A model generated the notes under the pieces. The model searched no databases. It was not told the DNA's origin and saw nothing but the letters and a program-made list of their open reading frames with translations. The translations under genes were made by a program, and so were the position numbers. A DNA stretch of 64,000 nucleotides from Hormiphora californensis (Eukaryota; Animalia; Ctenophora). Of the stretch, positions 33,033-44,972 are shown one piece after another. Every line of letters starts with the position of its first letter. The first letter of the stretch is position 1. The stretch spans positions 3,286,001-3,350,000 of the forward strand of contig CM035359.1 of the NCBI GenBank assembly GCA_020137815.1. Reading direction: 5' to 3'.

Positions 33033-34245
33033 ATGTCTAAAATCAGGTTCACCTGTAACCCCATCCTTTCCAAATGGGGCTACCCTAACATCTACGGCAG
33101 TGGAGCCCTCACCCAACTGACACACACCCACATACCCCGGGAATACACCAGACCCTCTCTCCTCGGCTACACTCCCCTTACGGCATTCACCGCTACGAGA
33201 TTCTTTGAAAGGTATAATAAACCAGTAGGGCTAGGAATTGAGCGTCATATTGTGTGCATGAGGGACGGCGGGAAAACGGGGGTTGATGTTGTGACGGACC
33301 CTTCAATTGAGTCTAACCCTGACCTACCATCTATACTGATCCTACCCGGTGGTGGGAGAGTATCCCGGTCTGTTGGGTCTCTTTTAAAAGCTAAACTTTT
33401 CCTCGATGCGGGCTATCCACGGGTTGTGATCGGTAATAGACGGGGCTTCAGCCGGGTTCCTCTCTACACTCCAATCCAAAATATCCCGATTGAGGGTTAC
33501 AATGACACCGGTCAGGTCCTTGACTGGGCGGAGACAGAGTTCCCTGGATCAAAGTGGATTTTGGTTGGAATGTGCTTGGGTGCCCAGAATGTGTTAAACT
33601 TCCTTGCAGAGAGGGGTACCAGGGATAGAGACAGTGTGTTAGGTGCTATCGTAGATAGTTTCCAGTTTTGTGGGCAGGAACTTCATGAATGTTCAGCTTC
33701 ACTCGACAGACAGATTTGCTCGCTTGTCATCCTACCTAAACACAAAGATGTTTGTGGATACTGCTCTCCACCAGCATGTCTCTGAGGGGGTCAAGGAGGA
33801 GATTACAGCCGCATTAGGAGGTGAAAGTCACCGGGAATTGGTTGGGAGAATATCACGGAGTACGATGAGACCTACAATCAGGAAGGTCTACGAGTATCTT
33901 GGTAGGGTGATATCTGTAACGAGGGGCGATGATCGGTTTTCAACCATGGAAGACTTTTATAAACTGTGTTGCCCAAGTTATGGGCACGAACCCGAGTTCT
34001 CTCGTTATCTAGAAATCACCAAACCGGTGGCAATGTTACTAGCTGACAATGATCCTTTTTCCTGTTTTGATGAGGGAGAAGTTGAGAAGTTAGAACTAAA
34101 TCCTAATCTGTGTCTCTGGTTGTTTCCTGGCGGTGGACATGTTGAGTTTCCACAGTCTTATGTTGGACAAATGAAAAGTTTTATTTCGCCGATAACTTTG
34201 CGGTACGCGGAGTTGTTTCAACGGTTTCAAAGCGATTTAAGTTAG
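33033..34245 (+). CDS. Alpha/beta hydrolase, ABHD1-3/YheT-like, one frameshift between 33670 and 33785
   Basis: RHIVCMRDGG, LILPG, GNRRG, GMCLG elbow, ADNDPF and GGHVEF. Confidence 0.8.
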
Positions 34246-34579
34246 TTTATGATATTTGATTGTTTGTGTTTTGATACGGGTTAAATTGATTGATTGTAAA
34301 AAACAGAGTTTCTCTATTAGTTACATACTTCATTCTCCCTTATTTATAATCCATTTCCTCCAACCCTAACAGCTTCAACTAGCTCCATACCCCATATAAT
34401 CCTCTCAATCTAACTCTTGAGTCGCTTGACACTGTGTCTGTGCTTCGCACAAATAAAGTATGAACAATTCAATCTAACCCCTAACTCCCCAACTAGTTCT
34501 CACAGCTATGCCAACACGGTGTTAACAGTACATGGGTAAGTGTGACGATTGTCCAGTAAACTACCGAGACTTCAGCCCC

Positions 34580-35896
34580 ATGTCCTCGAACCTCCCCTCC
34601 GAGCCTGTCAAGGTGATCAAAGGTCATGCTAACTCCCAAAAGTTCAATATCCTCCGCTTTAACACACCTACAAACATCAAACTCGCAGATGTTCTGTCCG
34701 AAAATGTTACCATGAAGAGGATCGTGAATGAACGGGCTGCACAGGACCCGGTTAATTTGGAGGGAGAGGGCAGCGAGTTTGGGTGGAAGTCGAAACAGGC
34801 CCGGCTGGCACTGAAGTACAAAGTGAAGGCGGTGAAGGAGGAATCATGTCCCTGGGATCTAAAGGATTGCAATGATAAACATTACATCGGAAGGAAAGGA
34901 GGGTGGAATCACTGCTAATTCCAGTTACATCGTCCTGAAAGAATCCCAACCGGGTGTCTATGAGGCGTTCCCTGTTGAAGATTGGTTTACCCTCACCCCT
35001 AAAATCAACTATACAACCCTGAATGAAGAGGAAGCGGAGGAAGAATTCTCGAGGAGGAACAAGGTACAGAACCATTACAATCTCATGTTCCAGAAGAGGC
35101 TGAATCAGAATCTGGGAACGGAGGATGACTATGATAATGCGAAGCTGAGGATCGATGACCGGAATGAGTTGCTGGGAGACTCGGATGATGCAGGAGACGA
35201 GATGAATGAGGAGGGGAAGCGGAAGAAGAAGGTGAAGAAGTTAAAAAAGGGAAAAAAGGAAAAGGAGGAAGAGGAGCTGAATCAAGAGAAGAGTGATGAG
35301 GATAATTACGATGCTGCAGCATCTGCAGAGGTGGATTACATCTCTGAATCGGATTCCGATGACTCCATCGACAAGAACGCTGAGAAGCCTGATACGGTTC
35401 GGAAGGGGGATATAGTCGAGGATGGGACTCTATTACAGGATAGCGAGGAGGAGGAAGAAGGATGGGGAGAACGCGGAGATGAAGAAATTGTTGATGGGTC
35501 AGAACGAGGAGGAAAGCGGGAGCGATATTGATGAAAATAGCGAGGAGTTCAAAGCGTTGATGAATAAAGGTGGTGCTGGTGCTGCTGGAATCATCATCTA
35601 GTGAAGCCAAGAGGCCTGCTGCTGCATCTTCTGGAGCTACCCAACCCACAAAGAAACAGAGAACGGAGAAAACTGACGATCTGACGGAGGAAAATGTGTG
35701 GAAGTACTTAGCAAGGAAACCAATTAGTACAAAGGAGTTGATCGCGAAATTCAAGGGGAAGAATAAACAGATAAACAAACATGAACTGATCAAGAAATTG
35801 TCGGCTATTTTGAAGAAGATCGCAAAACAAACGCGGAAAGATGATCAGAATTTCTTTGAGCTGAAAGAAGAGTATAAAAACCTGTACAAGGTGTGA
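34580..35896 (+). CDS. GTF2F1: General transcription factor IIF subunit 1 (RAP74), frameshifts at ~34895 and ~35460-35525
   Basis: PWDL..YIGRKEGGITANSSY, EAFPVEDWF, TLNEEEAEEEFSRRNKV, charged linker, and C-terminal winged helix LTEENVWKYLARKPISTKELIAKFK. Start codon uncertain (34532 or 34580). Confidence 0.9.
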
Positions 35897-36113
35897 GCTT
35901 GGGTAGTATTGTATTGGGTGATTGTTGCTATTATACTATAATGGATATAAAATATAACTTTTTATCGGAAGATCAGTTTTAAAAATGTTTCGTTTTTATG
36001 ATCCCGTGTCTTTTCCGGACCCCACAAGTTTAACCTTTAAATCTATCCCACATTGAACGCAGAACAAACCCTATGTTTCTAATTATATCTAATTATATCT
36101 AATTATAGCTCGG

Positions 36114-37635
36114 ATGAAGGGGGCAGTACCGGTGGGTTTATTCTGGTCCTGTCCCCATGGTTGGAGAACACTCAGCAAAATCGCTATACCAACTTTTGGG
36201 TTGATCTCCAAATTTCACCTCAACTATCTAAACAGGTAAAACTTCCTTGTTTTACTTGGTAAACAGGTGAAATATATAGCCGAATGCCGATCCTTTTTTT
36301 TCTCTCGTCAAATCTATATATACAGTCCGACCCCGATTTACCGAGCCCCGAATTATCGAAACCCCGATTTACCGGGAGGATAATCTTCCCCCGAGCATCC
36401 CGGTAAATCAGGGTCCGACTGTATAATATATTTAACTAGCGCACCCACTGGGTGCGCCTCAAGGAAGGGTTTTTGATAACGCACCCGGCTTCGCCGGGTG
36501 GTTCTTTCACTTTCAACGTCAATAAAACCGTTGCCATGGCAACTGAATTGGTAACTATGGGGACTGGCCTGTTAAAAGTCATTCGAAAATATTAACAAAC
36601 TTCCACTGGAAGTTCCAGCTTTACAGCTTTGTGCCTATAAAGTGTTTTATGAAGGAGCACTGTCGCGTAGAAACGCACTGAACGAACGACCACTTCGACG
36701 TTCATCTCCAAATTATAATAGAGACTAGCGCACCCATTGGGTGCGCCTGAAATAAGGGCTTTTTATAACCCACCCGGCTTCGCCGGGTGTTTATTTTCGC
36801 CCCTTTCAACGTCAATAACGCGGTTGCCATGACAACTGAATTGGTAACTATAGGGACTGGCATGTTAAAAGTCATTCAAAAATATTAACAAACTTCAACT
36901 GGAAGTTCCAAGGTGTGAATGACAGCTTATACAGCTTTGGTCATATGAAGTGTTTTATGAAGGAGCACTGTCGCGTAGAAACGCACTGAACGAACGGCCA
37001 TCACGACGTTCATCTCCAAATTATAATAGAGACTAGCACACCCATTGGGTGCGCCTCAAGTAAGGGCTTTTTGATAACCTACCCGGCTTCGCCGGGCGGT
37101 TCTTTTCGCCACTTTCAACGTCAATAACACGGTTGCCATGGCAACTGAATTGGTAACTATGGGGACTGGCATGTTAAAAGTCATTCGAAAATATCAACAA
37201 ACTTCCACCAGAAGTTCCAAAAGTGTGATACAACAGCTTTTCAGCTTTGGTCACATAGAGTGTTTTATGAAGGAGCAGACTGTCGCTTAGATACCGCTGA
37301 ACGAACGACCACCACTTCGACGACGTTCATCTCCAAATTATAATATAGATAGGATCACCCTGTGGTGTGATCAATAACAAATTTGGCGCCTATTTGACAT
37401 GGTGAGATATGGGTTAACTCTGGGTCTGTTATTATTATTAACGAGTGCACGACAGTTTTATAGCGAACCAGGGACTTGTCACCCGTTGAAATAGTGTATT
37501 TTTATAACAACACCCCATTTTTGCCACCAGAATCTCGGTGTCCCCTTCAACATACCACCTTGATGATTTGCTGAGGAAATTTGAGAAAGAGAGACGTCCC
37601 GTCATCACTGTATCCAATCATATGAGGTAAATCTC

Positions 37636-37694
<59 letters not shown>

Positions 37695-40036
37695 CAGAGA
37701 CAGAGACAGAGACAGAGACAGAGACAGAGACAGAGACAGAGACAGAGACAGAGACAGAGACAGAGACAAAGAGACAGAGACAGAGACAGAGACAGAGACA
37801 GAGAGACAGAGACAGAGACAGAGACAGAGACAGAGACAGAGACAGAGACAGAGACAGAGACAGAGACAGAGACAGAGACAGAGACAGAGACAGAGACAGA
37901 GATACAGAGACAGAGACACTTGACAGAGACAGAGACAGAGACAGAGACAGAGACAGAGGGACAGAGAGACAGAGAGACAGAGACAGAGACAGAGACAGAG
38001 ACAGAGACAGAGACAGAGACATTTCACTGTTGGAGAGTGTGGGTGTTGTACGCACGGACGGAGTAAGGTCAACTCTTTATTTGTCGTCTGTGGGCCTTTA
38101 TTGACAGAAACATCTGATGTGGATTGGAACGAAGGGACATACATGACACACCACCTGTATTTTCCATTCCACCCCCCCCCCCACAGTTGTCTAGTGCAAC
38201 CCCCACATTCCACCCCCCCCCCCTGCAGTTGTCTAGTGCAACCCCCACATTCCAACCCCCCCCCACCACAGTTGTCTAGTGCAACCCCCCCCCCCCACAC
38301 CACAGTTGTCTAGTGCAACCCCCACATTCCAACCCCCCCCCCCACAGTTGTATAGTGCAACCCCCACATTCCAACCCCCCTCCCCCCACCACAGTTGTCT
38401 AGTGCAACCCCCACATTCCAACCCCCCCCCACAGTTGTCTAGTGTAACCCCCACATTCCAACCCCCAACCCCCTGCAGTTGTCTAGTGCAACCCCCACAT
38501 TCCAACCCCCAACCCCCCACAGTTGTCTAGTGCAACCCCCACATTCCAACCCCCAACCCCCTGCAGTTGTCTAGTGCAACCCCCACATTCACCCCCCCCC
38601 CCCCCCGCAGTTGTCTAGTGCAACCCCCACATTCCAACCCCCAACCCCCCGCAGTTGTCAAGTGCAACCCCCACATTCCAACCCCCCCCCCCACCACAGT
38701 TGTCTAGTGCAACCCCCACATTCCATTCCCCAACCCCCGCAGTTGTCTAGACGATCCAATGTTGTGGGGTGTCCTGTACAGAACTAAACGGTTACTAGCT
38801 GGCTGGGATCAGGTCCGGTGGGTTCCTGGTGCTCACGAAATATGCTTCGAAGGGCATCCTGCCAAAGGTAACAATCTGGGGGGGCATCTTACTAAAGGTG
38901 GGTTCCCGGTGCTCACGAAATATGCTTCGAAGGGCATCCTGCCAAAGGTAGTTTATTAAGATATGGAGGGCCCCAAAGGTAATTTATTAAGATATGGAGG
39001 GCCCCAAAGGTAATTTATTAAGATATGGAGGGCCCCAAAGGTAGTCATCTGGGAGGGGCCTCCTGTCAAAAGTAATACTCTGGGGAGGGCTATGAACAGT
39101 CGGACCCCGATTTACCGGGATGCTCGGGGGAATTAGGGTTTTGCCCGGTAAATCGGGGTTCCCGGTGTATCGGGGTCAAATACTGTCCTATTTCGGGCGA
39201 AGATTGTAAATCAGGGTTCTGGTAATCTGACTGTATTTTGATTAATTAATTAACTGTTTATTATTATTTATCATATTGACCATTCTTGCAGGTTTATTCC
39301 TGTCCCTGGGTAAAACGGTTTCCTGCAAGCGAGGCGAGGGTATTTATCAGCCCTGTATGGAATTCTGTGTGACAGAACTCGACAATTACAGGCCCATACA
39401 TCTCTTTGTTGAAGGTAAGGAGGACTTGATATTTCGTGTTTTTCTTGTCTGTTATAAGGAGGACCTGACATAGTGGTATTGGGCCCAGTTACAATATGGG
39501 AACCCCTGGTACCTGGTAACATCTGATCTGGTCAACCCAATTTCTAACAATTGCAACGTGGTTCACAACCGGGAAACAAACATATATTCTGTGTTCCGTA
39601 TATTTATTTCAATCGATCAATATCCACACAGGGAAAGTGAACGAGACAAGGGAGTTATTGCGTATAAAATGGGGTGTGGGAAGGTTAGCTATGGACAGTT
39701 GTAGACCGCCAGTTATAATTCCATGGATACATAGAGGAATGGAAAATGTGTTACCGCTACACCATTCCGTCCCCAAAATAGGAAACAAGTACGTTTATAA
39801 CCCCCCCCCCCCCCCTTTTCTTTCATTTCTGAATAGTTTACAAGTTTTTAGTCTTGTCCAAACGACCTGTCCCCTCCAGGATATCTATTGAAATCGGGGA
39901 ACCCTTGGATACGGCTCCCTTGTTGGCAGACTGCCAGAGATTCAAGTTTTCAACCCTCGCCACTCGAAAATACATATCTGATACCGTAGAGTGGGAGTTA
40001 CGGAAGTTAGGTCAAATTATCGATCAAAAACATTGA
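36114..40036 (+). CDS. TAZ: Tafazzin (phospholipid transacylase), 6 exons
   Basis: Approximate exons 36114-36235, 37531-37626, 38743-38867, 39292-39414, 39632-39788, 39880-40036. Motifs ITVSNHMS|[34 protein letters not shown] and KWGVGRL. Confidence 0.92.
36323..36421. mobile_element. Tc1/mariner-type MITE (TA TSD, CAGTC ends); relatives at 21771-21854, 39097-39233, 61057-61150, 62245-62414
   Basis: ta|cagtccgaccccgatttacc...ggtaaatcagggtccgactg|ta. Confidence 0.8.
36436..37349 (-). mobile_element. Head-to-tail trimer of a ~300-bp non-autonomous Helitron
   Basis: Minus strand A|TCTATATTATAA... GC hairpin (gcgcacccagtgggtgcgc) ...CTAG|T, no TSD. Internal junctions CTAG|TC at 36725 and 37033. 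Confidence 0.85.
37639..38020. repeat. (GA)n/(GAGACA)n microsatellite in TAZ intron 2
   Basis: Direct reading of the sequence. Confidence 0.97.
38165..38750. repeat. ~40-bp minisatellite (~15 units), each carrying the TAZ exon-3 acceptor
   Basis: Units cag|ttgtctag tgcaacccccacattccaacccc. The last unit continues into cag|TTGTCTAGACGATCCA. Confidence 0.92.
38816..39045. repeat. Duplications of the TAZ exon-3 3' end and donor
   Basis: ~50 nt of the exon end recopied at 38897-38950, then short units ending ccaaag|gta. Confidence 0.85.
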
Positions 40037-41765
40037 TGAGACTAGGGCGATGGACAAAATCATAGAACCGAAGGGGTAAATGACAATAATTTGGTGTAAA
40101 GTTGTACTCAGATAAAGCAGTTTTTTGTTATCAGTTTCTACCTGTTGTTATTTATTGACCGTTTTTTGTAAGTTATTACCCAATTTCGTGCAATTTTACT
40201 TGTTCGCTTTGAGTCACATGTGAGATTTGTGTGATCTCTGGAGCGCGCGGAGACAACATTGTGCAACAAGGCCCTCCGAGTTGGCGCAATGAACAGAACG
40301 CGCAGTGTTGGACCGCGGAAAGGATCAGTATTATAATAATTGGACCGTGCTTTTGAATTGGTTACGAAATAACCCGGCTCCCTTGCCAGCGAAAAGGGGT
40401 TATTTCGTAACCAAGCTTTTGCATGACGTTTCCTCTACCAGTGACAGAAATTCTGTCACTATCACAGAATGCTTGCTTCTGGTTTTTCTGTTTCATTTGC
40501 CGCAGACGCGGCGTCGTCTAGACCTGTATGGCGACCCCATTTGATTCTCAGATGGGTCGCGGCACCAGACAAGTCTAGACGCCGTTCCAACGCCGTCTAT
40601 AGTCTAGAAGGCAGTTCGTGGCTGAAGGCCACGAGCCACCCCTGGTCTAGACCGTAGACGTCCACGTCGCCTAGACGGATTTTGACCCAGACGGGCTATA
40701 GAGACGGAGTCGGGCTATAGAGACGTGCTTCAGACGGCGTTGGAACGGCGTCTAGACGGAATTGAGAGTTGAGGGCAAATAACGATTTGCGGGAGACGTA
40801 GTATAGACGTAGTATAGACGTAGTAGCGACGTATTATAGACGTACTATAGACGTATTACAGACGTATTACCGACAGACGTACTATAGACGTAGTCAGACG
40901 CAGTATAGACGTAGTAAAGACGTAGTATAAACGTAGTATAGACGCCTTAGCGACGAGAAAAACGTACTATAGACGTACTATAGATGCACTATAGACGTAG
41001 TAAAGACGGATTAGACGTACTTATAGACGTTACGTCTCAACAAAAACCTCATTGCTCGAAATCTTGCAAGACGCACTATCGGCAATTTAAGACGTATTAC
41101 GCACAAGTTACAGGGGACGCTCCCTGATGTCACGTCTGTCGTCTATAATACGTCTCACCGAATTCTTTTGCTTCGTACGTCTATAATGCGTCTATAATGC
41201 GTCTATAATGTCTTTCGTGCTGCTTGTAGTTGCATTACCGTAATGGAAATACAGTAATTTGGCGGGAAACCGAAAAAGCCTAATAACCCAAGAACGGGGT
41301 GGGGCCAAGGTCTGGCCCCACTAGGTTTTGATCACATCATCGAGCCCGATCGAACGCGACCAATGACGACCTTCTACGACGAACTAAACCCGTAATCCCA
41401 CGTGGTGCCAGCCAAACGGAAAAACGGTTATAACTCCTCGACCATAACTCCGATCGACCTGAATTGAAGTTTTGTATGCCCACTAATCTAGTGATCATCT
41501 ATCACCTGGTATCAAAATCTGAGCTCTAAGTGACCAGGAACTGGTATTATTAGTGCTAATTGTTGGGCACGTCGCGCCCCCATGTTCGCGCGCAGGCAAT
41601 GCTAATTGGTGATAAAGTCATAAATCACGAATAATTAGTGAATCGGGGGTGGTAGAGACCTACGGGATGGTGCTTTGGACTTTTCATATAATAGAGTCCC
41701 TAAACATATCAGCAAGTCAAATTTAAAATTCCAGACCCAACTTCCCACAACCGACCCTACTATAA

Positions 41766-42055
41766 GGGGAAACTCTAACTGAATGGCATCCCATTAATGG
41801 GATCCCATCAACAAAAAAACTCTAACTGATAATGGACCACAGTGATGGTTCTTTCTCTGTATTCTCTCTGTGTGCGCGCCCGTGCCCGGGCATGCCCTAT
41901 AGTTCTTTCTCTGTATTCTCTCTGTAGGCAGTACATAGATGTACTGCCTACAGAGAGAATACAGAGAAAGAACCATCACTGTGGTCCATTATCAGTTAGA
42001 GTTTTACTGTTGATGGGATCCCATTAATGGGATGCCATTCAGTTAGAGTTTCCCC
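41766..42055. mobile_element. PIF/Harbinger-type palindromic MITE
   Basis: taa|ggggaaactctaact...agttagagtttcccc|taa. Confidence 0.85.
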
Positions 42056-42431
42056 TAATATTCGCAAGCATACAGTGCACTGTATGCTTGCGAAGTCCTC
42101 TAACTGTTATGCATTGTTGCAACAACATGTTGTAGACCTGCTGCCTTTTGCTTTTAACTATTCAGTATTGCGGATGATACACTTTGTTTTTTTTCTGAAT
42201 TGTTGTTGAACAGGTTCACTATCACGTAATTAAATGGCAGGTACCCCTGTCAAAGTGAAGTTCTGTCAGGTATCTTTTGGCCACTTTTTGGTGTGATAGT
42301 TGGTATTCCAAGGTCAAACAATTGCTGCCCTATTATGTTCAGGCTATTCAGATTCTCTGTAACACCCGATCACTACTAACCCAAACTACCTTCCTATCTA
42401 GGACCACGTCTACAAAATAGGTCGATTCTTT

Positions 42432-44972
42432 ATGAAACTACGGCGATGGCCAGGTTTGCCGAAGTTTTCCCTTTTCCTCGCCTTCATCGGTCTTTACATT
42501 ACCCTTGTTATGGTGACCTACCTCATCACCACCACACTTGACAGAAAGCAGCACGTCAGCAGCACTGTCCAAGTGCTAGACCAGACTGTTCAGAGGGATC
42601 AGAGTGGGAAGGAGGTGGTGCCCATCCAGGCCTTACCAGAATCAGATCAGAACAATAAAGAGGGTCAACCTGTAGAGACAATAAAAGATGAAGCCCCTGC
42701 TGAGTCTGAAAAGGAGCAGGGAGCAGAGAGTGCCCCAGAGATCAGTAAATTGAGTAGGACATTAAAGGATGCGGCAGATATAAGCGGCTACACTCCATTT
42801 GATACGCCTGTCCTGTGGATCGGGTACATAACAAACAATGTTGACGATCGGGGGTTTATCAAGGAAAATCTAAACTTTATCATTCCTCTGTTTTCCCTGG
42901 TTCCCAATTTTGGGTGGATCACTAATGTGAGGCTTGACGAGGTGGAGAAGACAAGGGACTTCAAGGACCTTAATGATGAGGACAAGATCATTATCCGACG
43001 AGCACACCTCAAGTAAGCATTGTTTTGGACCTATTAATATTGTAGTGCGGGGCTGTTTTTTGTCTAGCTGGTACCCAACCCCAGTGGCGTAGCCAGGGTA
43101 TGTGCAAACGTGCATTGCACTACCTGAGCGCTCCCAACTGCACTACCTCAATTTTCGTGATTTGCACTACCACGCCTAAATTTTTATCGAAATTGCACTA
43201 CTTCGGAGTTCGGTAGGATATAAATTTGAAATTAGCGTTTGAGATGTAATGTACGACATTCAATCCCAAACAAATAGAGATAAAGCACAAAGAACGAGAA
43301 AAAGAGAGGGGTTCAGGTGACAAGTTTATAGAGAGCAATCGCCAGTACCATGCGTTCCCTGTCTCGATGGGATAACACCCAATTGCTAGGATTGTGCTAT
43401 CCATGGTGTATTACCCTCCTTGGTTTGCGTGATTGTGTTCAAACTGTTCTCAGATTGTCAAAATTGACAAAAAAAATCCGGGGGGCTTCGCCCCACGCCC
43501 CCCACCAGGGCTTGCAGTCCCTGGACCCTGCTAGTGGGGGCTTTATTGATTATTCCCGACATAATCATATTGCTTGAATTATTGTTTTCAAATTGCTCTC
43601 AGATTGTCAAAATTGACAAAAATCAGGAAAAATTTCCGGGGGCTTCGCCCCACGACCCCACCAGGGCTTGCAATCCCTGGACCCTGCTCGTGGGGGCTGT
43701 GCCCCCTTCATATTGTTTCAAATTGCTCTCAGATTGTCAAAAATCGACAAAAATTGGTAAAATTTTCCGTCATCGAAGGTGCACTACTTCAAATTCTTAA
43801 TGCACTACCATGCTCAAAACCCTGGCTACGCCACTGCCCAACCCTTCTTCAATTATTATCTTTGTTTGAGTGAAAACGAAGAAGGGCCAGTTTAATATTT
43901 CTTTTTCACTGTTAACCTCCTTCTTCTCTCCTACAGGGGTCAAGGTATTCTCGGTCAGATGGATAAAGCTAAACCAATGATAACGGTTATAGGTCGAGCA
44001 CCCCCCTTCTATAACCTCACTATGCGGGCAGAGTACCCCAACATTCACAGGCACTCCAGCTACACCGTGGGAAGGGCTATGTTCGAAACCAACGCCATCC
44101 CCTCATCCTGGTACCCTCAACTCAACACCCAAATTGTTAACGAGCTCTGGGTACCGAGCGAATGGCAGAAGAATGTATTCGAAGGTGTGGGCGTTGCTCC
44201 CAAGGTCGTTGTCGTCCGGGAGGGATTCGAGACGGCGCTGTTTAAAAAAGTCGAGTCGGCCGGATCTTGGGGCCGAAAGGAGCTGTTTCCCAGGTGCCGG
44301 TCGGATGACGTCATCTTTCTAATGGTGGGAAAGATGGAGGAGAGAAAGGGCCTGGACGTCCTTATAAACTCTTTCACGGCTGAATTTGATGCCAGTGACA
44401 AGGTGTGTCTCATTATCAGATCGGGTATGAAATTGAAAGATCGTCGAAATTTCAGGCGGGACCGGGGCAGATGGTATGTGGTTGGGGTGTACTCGGGTGA
44501 CAATCTTATCAAAGCGTACCAGAGAGCGGATGTGTTCGTGCTCGCTACCCACGGGGAGGGTTGGGGTAGACCTGTGATGGAAGCGATGGCAGGGGGTCTA
44601 CCCGTCATTGTGCCACTCTGGTCTGGGTTGACCGAGTTCGTGAAACCTGAATACTCTCTACCAATCAATGTGACAGAATTAGAACCAGCCTTCTCGTCGA
44701 ACAAGGATTTCATTGGAATCAATAAAAACAAAAAGGACCACATGTGGGCTAAGGTGGATATGGGGCGGCTGCAGGCCAAACTGAGGTGGTGTCTGGACCA
44801 CAGGGATGAGCTAAAGGGTATTGGAAGCAAGGCTAAAGAGGAAATGTTCAGGACTTATACAAGGGAGAAAATAGCTGTAGAGGCGGCTGTGAGACTCTCT
44901 CAAATTAGTAGCGAGGTAGAAAGGAAAAGGAGGACAGAAAATAATAGTTTTGATAACAATGATGCTCGGTAG
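42432..44972 (+). CDS. Type II membrane GT-B glycosyltransferase, family GT4 (exons 42432-43012, 43937-44972)
   Basis: N-terminal TM anchor and stem. GRAMFET, LWVPSEW, VGKMEERKGLDVL and ADVFVLATHGEGWGRPVMEAMAGGLPVI (E-x7-E). A phase-2 GT-AG intron joins the two ORFs in frame. Confidence 0.9.
43082..43836. mobile_element. hAT-type non-autonomous element in the GT intron
   Basis: TIRs cagtggcgtagccagggt / accctggctacgccactg, 8-bp TSD cccaaccc. Confidence 0.9.
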
